Source of the DNA: an uncultured Gammaproteobacteria bacterium
GTDB taxonomy: Bacteria; Patescibacteriota; Patescibacteriia; Veblenbacterales; UBA10138
DNA length: 42,066 bases
NCBI GenBank assembly: GCA_964453605.1
Contig: CAYVOI010000001.1
Location: 376,029-418,094, forward strand
Direction of reading: 5' to 3'
Part shown: piece after piece, positions 35,689 through 42,066 of the stretch
Layout of the letters: each line of letters opens with the position of its first letter
Position numbering within the stretch: the stretch's first letter is position 1
Notes under the pieces: model-generated
The model's database searches: none
What the model saw: the letters and a program-made list of their open reading frames with translations, nothing else
What the model was told of the DNA's origin: nothing
Program-made: the position numbers and the translations under genes

Positions 35689-36729
35689 TTGAAAACTTTG
35701 TTCAGTTTTGTTGCCGGCGCGGTAACATTTCTAGTGATTGCGCTCGCGAAGTACGCCTGCGCTCCTAAACCCGAGCCACCGTTGTCTCAAGTTCGCGATT
35801 CAGTTACTAACCTACAGCAGCAGTTGGTAGTAGCTACTGATTCAATCGTTGCCCTGCAGCGCGCCTTCTCGCTCCACCTAGCGCACGATTCAGCTACCGT
35901 GGCTGAACTTAAGCACAGCCAGTACCCTTTTACCGGATTTATCTTGCGCCACGACGATCGGCCGACGTTCGCCAGCATGCCCATTCCCACCGATCAGCTG
36001 CTGGTGCACGATAATTTGCAAGACGCTTTGCTGCGGTTGCAGGGTGTACCACAGCTCATGATTGCGTGGCACCTACGAGCCGGGCGTTATCGGCCGCTGA
36101 TTGAGCGAGAGCTGGCACGCCACCATGTGCATCAAAACTTCTTCTACGCGGTTCTGATTGAAAGCGGCTTGCAGCCAGATGCACTATCGCCTAAGCGCGC
36201 CTTCGGCATGTTTCAATTTATCAAAGCCGCGGCGCAGGACCATGGCTTAGTAGTCACCCTGGGTAAATACGACGAGCGTGCCGATTTCGTAAAATCGCTG
36301 GCGGCCTTTTGTCAGTACCTGGAAGAGGCCTATGCCGAATTTCACAACCCACTGCTCGTGCTCGCTTCGTACAACTGTGGTATGGGTAAAACACGCGCCT
36401 TGGTAAAACGGTACGGGAACGATCCGTTTGCTATTCGCTGGTCTAAGGAAACACGACGCTACCTATTTAGCGCTTGCGCGGTTACCATGGCTTTTTCAGA
36501 CCAGGATCGTTTCATACCCTCCTTACGTCGTATCGCTGCCTATCCGACGTACGCTGTCTCTACGGTGCTGCTACGAGTAAAAAAGCGGCTTCCACTGAGT
36601 GAAGTAACAAAACTACTTAAACTGGACGCTCGCTTGGCCGATGTATTCACCCTCTACAACGGGCAGCTGTTGGCAGATCCGTTACCACCACGTTCTTACG
36701 TGGTCAATATACCTCGGCCGATGAACTAG
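35689..36729 (+). CDS. Exported lytic transglycosylase (SLT domain, MltD-like)
   Basis: N-terminal hydrophobic segment and coiled coil; LIESG, AFGMFQF, YDERADFVKS...YL, LASYNCG, ETRRY; SD GAAAGGG before TTG. Confidence 0.88.
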   Translation: MKTLFSFVAGAVTFLVIALAKYACAPKPEPPLSQVRDSVTNLQQQLVVATDSIVALQRAFSLHLAHDSATVAELKHSQYPFTGFILRHDDRPTFASMPIPTDQLLVHDNLQDALLRLQGVPQLMIAWHLRAGRYRPLIERELARHHVHQNFFYAVLIESGLQPDALSPKRAFGMFQFIKAAAQDHGLVVTLGKYDERADFVKSLAAFCQYLEEAYAEFHNPLLVLASYNCGMGKTRALVKRYGNDPFAIRWSKETRRYLFSACAVTMAFSDQDRFIPSLRRIAAYPTYAVSTVLLRVKKRLPLSEVTKLLKLDARLADVFTLYNGQLLADPLPPRSYVVNIPRPMN

Positions 36730-36792
36730 TACATACCAAGAACCATCTCAGGTACCGCCAGTACGGGGTACCTTTTTGTTTTATCCGAGCTC

Positions 36793-36820
36793 TTGACACT
36801 GTTGTTAGGCCTGCTATACT
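36793..36820 (+). promoter_or_regulatory. sigma70 promoter of rplJ-rplL
   Basis: TTGACA (36793-36798), 16-nt spacer, TG-extended TATACT. Confidence 0.75.
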
Positions 36821-36832
36821 GCTTTTACAACT

Positions 36833-36938
36833 TGCGCCACAGACCGTAGGTCCCCGAGTGTAATCGAGGGGTTAAGTCCACAAGAGCCTACCGAGGCAAA
36901 AGACCCTAGTGTTAGGGAATTTCTCGTCTGTGGCGTGT
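36833..36938 (+). ncRNA. Ribosomal protein L10 leader
   Basis: CGCCACAGAC/GTCTGTGGCG basal stem enclosing ACCGTAGG...TTAA...CCTACCGAGG, directly upstream of rplJ. Confidence 0.88.
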
Positions 36939-36966
36939 CCACAGATTTTTGTTTAATTTTACACTT

Positions 36967-37488
36967 ATGGCTAAATCCCGACAAAAGAAAGAGCAATCGC
37001 TGACCGAGGTAACCTCGCTCCTTAAGGACGCCCGCGGGGTGGTGTTCGCAGACTACGCCGGCCTTACGGTTAAGGACATGCAAGAGCTCAGGCGTGCTTT
37101 GCGCGCCAAGGGCGTAGCCTATGAGGTTATTAAGAAAACCTTGCTGGCGCGGGCGCTCAAGGCAGCGGGGTTAGCATCGGTTGATGCCGCAGCCCTGCAA
37201 GGCATGGTGAGCGTGGCCGTGAGCGGCACGGACGAGGTAGAGGCAGCTAAGCAGCTGGTTGAATTTGCCAAGACACACGAGAAGCTGAAGGTGTTGGGTG
37301 GCGTGCTGGAAGCTTCGTTTGTGGACAAGGCCAAGGTGGCAGCGCTCGCTAAGCTGCCAGGGAAGCAAGAACTCCTTGGAAAGTTTGTGGGGACGTTGAG
37401 CGCTCCGCTGTCCGGCTTTGTTAACGTGCTGCAGGGCAACTTGCGAGGGTTGGTGCAGGTACTGTCGCAAGTAGCCAGTAGTAAGTAG
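36967..37488 (+). CDS. rplJ: 50S ribosomal protein L10
   Basis: ADYAGLTVKDMQELRRALR, VIKKTL, LAKLPGKQELL. Confidence 0.97.
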   Translation: MAKSRQKKEQSLTEVTSLLKDARGVVFADYAGLTVKDMQELRRALRAKGVAYEVIKKTLLARALKAAGLASVDAAALQGMVSVAVSGTDEVEAAKQLVEFAKTHEKLKVLGGVLEASFVDKAKVAALAKLPGKQELLGKFVGTLSAPLSGFVNVLQGNLRGLVQVLSQVASSK

Positions 37489-37548
37489 TCAGTAGTTATA
37501 TTTACATTATCTTAATTCTAAATTCTTAATTCTTTATTCTCATACCGT

Positions 37549-37962
37549 ATGTCCGACGAAAAGAAGGCAGTAGCCGTGCCGGCCAAGTTCGAAAAGCTCG
37601 TAGGGGAAATTGAAAAACTCTCCGTACTCGACCTTTCCGAACTGGTGCACGTGCTCGAGGAAAAGTTTGGTGTTTCCGCCGCCGCGCCTATGATGATGGC
37701 AGCCGCGGGTGCTCCCGCCGCTGCAGGCAGCGCCCCAGCCGCCGAGGAGAAGACTTCATTCAACGTTGAGCTCACCGAGTCTGGTGCCAACAAGATCGGC
37801 GTCATTAAGGTGCTCCGCGAGGTGACCACCCTCGGGCTCAAGGAGGCTAAGGACTTGGTAGATGGTGCTCCGAAGATGGTAAAGGAAGGCGCTACCAAAG
37901 AAGAGGCCGAGACGATGAAAAAGAAGTTGACCGAGGCTGGTGCCAAGGTAACGTTGAAATAG
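37549..37962 (+). CDS. rplL: 50S ribosomal protein L7/L12
   Basis: [35 protein letters not shown]. Confidence 0.98.
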   Translation: MSDEKKAVAVPAKFEKLVGEIEKLSVLDLSELVHVLEEKFGVSAAAPMMMAAAGAPAAAGSAPAAEEKTSFNVELTESGANKIGVIKVLREVTTLGLKEAKDLVDGAPKMVKEGATKEEAETMKKKLTEAGAKVTLK

Positions 37963-37974
37963 TAGTTCTAGTAG

Positions 37975-38006
37975 AAAAACTCCCCCTGTGTTCACAGGGG
38001 GAGTTT
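37975..38006. terminator. Bidirectional intrinsic terminator
   Basis: AAAACTCCCCCTGTG-TT-CACAGGGGGAGTTTT. Confidence 0.9.
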
Positions 38007-38039
38007 TGTTACGCGTAAGTCAGGAAGCGAGCAGCCAGT

Positions 38040-40133
38040 TTAGGTTTTTACGTCAGACAGTCGTACTTGGTATAGAGATTCGCCGTTCAGTATGTAGATG
38101 TACTTGTTTGGGCCGTCAAAAGCTACATCGGTAAGCTGCGGGACTTTAGGGAAGGTGAGCTGTAGCACCAGCTTGCCCTGTTTATCGTACACCACAATCC
38201 GTTTATCGCTGTGTGAGATTAGGTATAGGTAGTCAGTATCACTCGTTGTGCGAATGGTATCTATATTTTGGAGTGGGGGAGTGGTAGGTTGCAGCGTGAA
38301 GTCACGTTTCAGGCCGCGGACGTACTTTTGTATATTGGAACCGTCAGTTAGAAAAATTACACCATCAACGGTGAGCGAACGGGCAGAAGTTGGGTCTGCC
38401 TGGCCACTCCTCAGCCAGCGTACTCCACTGCTAAAGCTAGCGCCTGTTCGGGTGGTGCTAAATATAGTTTGCGGGTTGCCACCAAGATAGTAGAACCTGC
38501 CCTGGTAAAAGGCGCCGTCGGTAAGTTGAAGCGGCGTGGTAACTAGTTCTACACTCTTGGTTTTTACATCGATCAAGGCTTGTTTGCCACTTGAACCAGA
38601 AGCAAGGAGTGTAGTGTCGAGCGCCAGAGCCTTTGTGGGTGTGCCGAAACCGGTTGGTAGGGTAAGCGTACCTTGGACTTTACCATCAGCGCCTACGAGC
38701 GCTACCTGTCCGCCTGAGCCCGTACTAACCAAGGTAGTTGCAACTAAGGTTGTGGTAGTCCAGGTGTTGCCCTCGGGGAGCGCTGGTAGCTGCGTCCAGG
38801 CGTCTTTGAGTTCAAGTTCGCTCGTGCGGTTTAGCCTGCGCTCAACCAGAGCGAGTGAGCTGCTTAAAGCCTGGTACTGCTGTTCACGAGACCGCGTGTT
38901 ACGTGGCAGGGACTGGAGGAGTGTTTTGGTGGTCGCGAGTATTTCTTGTGCCTTAGCGTCATCACGGTAGATGAGCGCGCCCTCAATGGCGGCTTGGTTT
39001 TCCGTAATGGTGGTAACCTGCTGGTTGTAGTGTTCACTGTCTAGTCCAAGTAGCTTGGCCTTCCCCATGCTGACCACGCTCTGGGAAAACGCCACTAACA
39101 CCAAGACTGCCAAGACCAAGAACACTCGCTTGGCCGTGGGCAGCGCCCGCCAGGTGTTGAGTTTGCTCTCGAGCCACCAGGTAATGGTGGCCTCAGTGGA
39201 CTCACGGTTTTTGAGCCACGCCAGCTTGGCTGGTACCGCCGTAACGTGCCTCCACCACGTGCGGCGAGGTTGACGGAGCCTGGGCTCTGGTGTGGTGAGG
39301 TCGCTGGGTGCGGGCTGGGGTGCGCGGTGCACTTGGCCTGAGCGGGAGAAGGGGACGTGTGCTCTGAGCCACGACCACAGCGTAGGCCACAGGCTGGGCT
39401 TGAGGAGCGAGCTGGTGTGGTCTTGGGTAGCCAGCAGTTGCTTGAGTGACGTGGCGGTGCCTACGGCCTGTTCGGCAAGCTCACCCAGCTGGAGCGCAAT
39501 GGCCCCCAAGGGTGGGTGGTGCTCGAGCGTGGTAAGGCCGTGCTCGATATCCCTGAGCGCCACCCCGGGCGAGTGCAGCGCGAATACGCGGGTAAGCTTT
39601 TCTACCGAGAGGTAGTCCAGCAGAGAAGTGGTGGCGAGCAGTAAGGTTTCGCCAGGTTCAAGGTTACCGCCGATCAGGTGTTCAAACACGGCATGGCTTG
39701 GTCTGGGTTTGCCCTGGCCGAAGATACTCGTGACCTGCTGACCGTTGAGGACCAGAGCTGCCAGGTGCCCCAGGTGTGACAGGGCCAGGGTCTGTGACTG
39801 TACGAGCGCGAGGCAGAGGTGGAAGCGCGGTGCCAGGGGGTTACCGAGCAGTCGTTCGTAACCTTTCAGTACTGGGTTCAGGTGCTGGAGGAGTTCTTCC
39901 AGCACGTCCTCGGCGCCGGCACTACGGTTACAGCTCTGCCAGGCCTGCTCAATACCTTGGGTGAGGCTCTGGGTGAGCTGTTGTCGGGCTGGTTGTGCCA
40001 AGTTTACCTCCGCCAAAAAGAACAGGGTACCGTCCGCGTGTGGCCAGACGGAGGCCACCACGTGTGCCTCGCGCGTCGGCAGCGCCAGGCTAGCAATTTT
40101 CGTGGGGAGGTGGGGAGAGGGTTCTTGGGGCAT
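38040..40133 (-). CDS. Single-pass membrane protein: degenerate PP2C-like N-terminus, TM helix, extracellular beta-propeller-like C-terminus
   Basis: GNLEPGETLLLATTSLLDYLS (PP2C-like strand); TM VFLVLAVLVLVAFSQ; NHL-like blades such as DYLYLISHSDKRIVVYDKQG. Confidence 0.7.
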   Translation of the reverse strand: MPQEPSPHLPTKIASLALPTREAHVVASVWPHADGTLFFLAEVNLAQPARQQLTQSLTQGIEQAWQSCNRSAGAEDVLEELLQHLNPVLKGYERLLGNPLAPRFHLCLALVQSQTLALSHLGHLAALVLNGQQVTSIFGQGKPRPSHAVFEHLIGGNLEPGETLLLATTSLLDYLSVEKLTRVFALHSPGVALRDIEHGLTTLEHHPPLGAIALQLGELAEQAVGTATSLKQLLATQDHTSSLLKPSLWPTLWSWLRAHVPFSRSGQVHRAPQPAPSDLTTPEPRLRQPRRTWWRHVTAVPAKLAWLKNRESTEATITWWLESKLNTWRALPTAKRVFLVLAVLVLVAFSQSVVSMGKAKLLGLDSEHYNQQVTTITENQAAIEGALIYRDDAKAQEILATTKTLLQSLPRNTRSREQQYQALSSSLALVERRLNRTSELELKDAWTQLPALPEGNTWTTTTLVATTLVSTGSGGQVALVGADGKVQGTLTLPTGFGTPTKALALDTTLLASGSSGKQALIDVKTKSVELVTTPLQLTDGAFYQGRFYYLGGNPQTIFSTTRTGASFSSGVRWLRSGQADPTSARSLTVDGVIFLTDGSNIQKYVRGLKRDFTLQPTTPPLQNIDTIRTTSDTDYLYLISHSDKRIVVYDKQGKLVLQLTFPKVPQLTDVAFDGPNKYIYILNGESLYQVRLSDVKT

Positions 40134-40244
40134 AGCGCTTTACCGCCGTATACGCTTTCAGTATACTATAGGTGTTCAGTTCTGCACTAGGTGTGCGCGA
40201 GTTGTTGGCTACTACCAGCCGTGCCGCTAGTGACACTTTAGCCC

Positions 40245-40811
40245 ATGCTCGAACGACTCTTTGGTTCACGGACACGTGTTAAGTTGCTCAGGCTCTTTCT
40301 CACCAATCAGAGCACGGCCTTCTACGTACGTGAAATCAGCCGCAAGGTAGGGGAGCAGCTGAACTCGGTGCGGCGTGAGCTCGCTAACTTGATGGTGTTG
40401 GGGGTAGTCGCCAGTGCTGCCCACGACGACAAAAAGTTCTACCAGCTGAACACCAAGTTTGTTCTGGCCGACGAGCTCAAGGCGGTCCTCCTTAAGTCTC
40501 AGCTCTTGCTGGAGGAAGACCTGGTTCGCAGGATCCGTGAGTCCGGGAAAATTCGCTACCTCGCGTTAACCGGTTCGTTCACTGGCGCCAAGCAGGCCGC
40601 CACGGACATTATTTTGGTTGGCAGAGTTGACCGCTCACTGCTCCTGCGCACCATTGAACGGTTTCAGCGTGAGGTGGGGCGCGAGCTTAACTACACCCTG
40701 CTCTCCACCCGTGAGTTCAACGAGCGCCGCTCGTTAGGCGATAAGTTTTTGCTCACCATTCTCAACAACCCCAAGATTGTGGTGGTAGATGAGCTCGATA
40801 GCGCTGAGTAG
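40245..40811 (+). CDS. Winged-HTH (ArsR-like) protein with a nucleotidyltransferase-like C-terminal domain
   Basis: LFGSRTRVKLL...YVREISR...NSVRRELANL; LTGSF...TDIILVG...ELNY. Confidence 0.8.
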   Translation: MLERLFGSRTRVKLLRLFLTNQSTAFYVREISRKVGEQLNSVRRELANLMVLGVVASAAHDDKKFYQLNTKFVLADELKAVLLKSQLLLEEDLVRRIRESGKIRYLALTGSFTGAKQAATDIILVGRVDRSLLLRTIERFQREVGRELNYTLLSTREFNERRSLGDKFLLTILNNPKIVVVDELDSAE

Positions 40812-40849
40812 CTCTATGCCCTGCGGCAGTCGCCTGTCCCTCGTGTGGT

Positions 40850-41236
40850 ATGCTCCGACCTGGCTCACACCTAGCCACCTACCTCTACCTTAACGGTGTT
40901 ACGAGTCGCCACCTTGAACTTGCGCTCTTGTCGCGGCGGGGAGTGGTAAGAGAAAGGGTGGTGCGCGATGGTACGCGCACAGAAAAGCTGTTGCCAGCCG
41001 TGGCAACCTTCCTTAAAAATAGGGGAGTGGCTGGCATTATGGTGGCGCAGGGCGGCGGAAGTTTTTCACAAACGCGGATCATCTGTACGGTCGCGAACGC
41101 GCTAGCTTATGGTTGGGGTGTAAAGGTGGTTGGCGTTTCGTCTAAGCTTTCTCCCGAGCAGCTGATAGGGAAGCTATCTAAGCTCCGCTGGCAAAGACTG
41201 ATACTGCCACAGTACAGCGGGCCAGGGGTAAGGTAG
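40850..41236 (+). CDS. tsaB: Short TsaB-like tRNA t6A biosynthesis protein
   Basis: TEKLLPAV...GIMVAQGGGSFSQTRI...ANALAY (compare GPGSFTGLR); start uncertain. Confidence 0.65.
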   Translation: MLRPGSHLATYLYLNGVTSRHLELALLSRRGVVRERVVRDGTRTEKLLPAVATFLKNRGVAGIMVAQGGGSFSQTRIICTVANALAYGWGVKVVGVSSKLSPEQLIGKLSKLRWQRLILPQYSGPGVR

Positions 41237-41270
41237 TTACACTAATTGCTTTCATATTTAGTTTTGTATA

Positions 41271-41302
41271 TAAAAAGCGCCGTTCGTATAGAACGACGCT
41301 TC
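41271..41302. terminator. Terminator between convergent genes
   Basis: AAAAAGCGCCGTTC-GTATA-GAACGACGCTT. Confidence 0.65.
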
Positions 41303-41900
41303 ATTTCATTTTATTCTTGTATAAGCGTACTCCACGGAACGCATAGTACAGTACTGCGCCATGCATCACGACTGCAACTATAGGGTAGACGAAGTCTGTA
41401 AAACGGCCTGACCAGGTAAGGTATACAAGAAGGAGGTTAATCACGAACGAGGCGGTGAAGAGTACCCACACCCAAGGATTCTCGATAGTTTTACCGATTC
41501 GTATGTCACTGAGGATCGGAATGAATGAGAGTACCATAGGTATCTGAGCCAATATATTTCCCCCTTCGGCAGAACTCGTTACCCAAAGCGCTATTGCGGC
41601 GGTGCTTAGCATAACGATAATCCAGCTACTTCTGTTCAGGCGCCCGAATTTTCCGGTTACGAGCAGGAACAGGAACGTTATCGTGCAGAGCGAGGTATCA
41701 GATACCATGACCACAAGCGTGGCCCAGTCCACACCCATTCCGTGGTAGCTTGCTGCGTTAACGATGGTGACTAGTGCCCAGAGAAACCAAGTGGCAGCGT
41801 TGGGGCGCGTGCTGCCCGTGAATGCATCCTTGTTGTAAAGGATGAACGCTAAGATATTTAGGCCCCCTGCTGTGAGGGCCAGTGCATGGGTTGCGTCCAT
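41301..41900 (-). CDS. Polytopic membrane protein (PQ-loop-like two-repeat organisation)
   Basis: About 7 hydrophobic helices; TRPNAATWFLW and ENPWVW repeats; SD AGAAAGGG. Confidence 0.78.
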   Translation of the reverse strand: MDATHALALTAGGLNILAFILYNKDAFTGSTRPNAATWFLWALVTIVNAASYHGMGVDWATLVVMVSDTSLCTITFLFLLVTGKFGRLNRSSWIIVMLSTAAIALWVTSSAEGGNILAQIPMVLSFIPILSDIRIGKTIENPWVWVLFTASFVINLLLVYLTWSGRFTDFVYPIVAVVMHGAVLYYAFRGVRLYKNKMK

Positions 41901-41950
41901 GTATAGCCCTTTCTTCTAGTTTCTGTTAAAGGATTTTGTTTGTTCGAAAT

Positions 41951-41979
41951 ATCTTACTACTAGTTACTATGATTGTCAA
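41951..41979 (-). promoter_or_regulatory. sigma70 promoter for the 41900 gene
   Basis: TTGACA (41979-41974), 17-nt spacer, TAAGAT; boxA-like TCCTTTAACA at 41933-41924. Confidence 0.75.
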
Positions 41980-42066
41980 GGCTCGCTCAGTGTTTTTGTT
42001 GGGTCTATGTGGGTGTGTAGCTTAACTTTGACAGGGGAGCGGGAGAATGCCGTAGCAGGAGGGCTT

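Noticed and set aside
42020-42066. TTGACA near the right edge as a promoter for an RNA gene
   Set aside because: No convincing -10 box and too little downstream sequence to call anything.

Overview
A 42-kb bacterial chromosomal segment, most likely Patescibacteria/CPR. This taxonomy is inferred from a VirB2-like CPR pilin, a short TsaB, tandem gpmI, a giant surface protein and housekeeping genes without Shine-Dalgarno (SD) motifs. Core genes are prfA (partial), rpmE, rpsB-tsf-pyrH, gap, pgk, eno, two gpmI, mutM, a PAP2 phosphatase, manC, mltG, L10 leader-rplJ-rplL and tsaB. Accessory loci lie between them: (1) a frameshifted GIY-YIG gene inside 23-bp inverted repeats, inserted at the rpsB start; (2) a secreted metzincin-like protease with a T9SS-type C-terminal sorting domain; (3) a ~410-nt structured transcript with a 35-aa ORF; (4) a Hef/FANCM-like helicase; (5) a protein with sigma-1.1-like and HTH segments; (6) a 4792-aa membrane-anchored fibre with an N-terminal HTH and an operator-like repeat at its promoter; (7) an MltD-like lytic transglycosylase. 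The main cross-window pattern is a split in expression signals. Most accessory units have a sigma70 promoter and a strong SD, often with a boxA-like CTTTAACA element and their own terminator, while core genes lack SD motifs and several look near-leaderless. No rRNA, tRNA or CRISPR array was seen. All family assignments come from reading motifs by eye, not from database searches.
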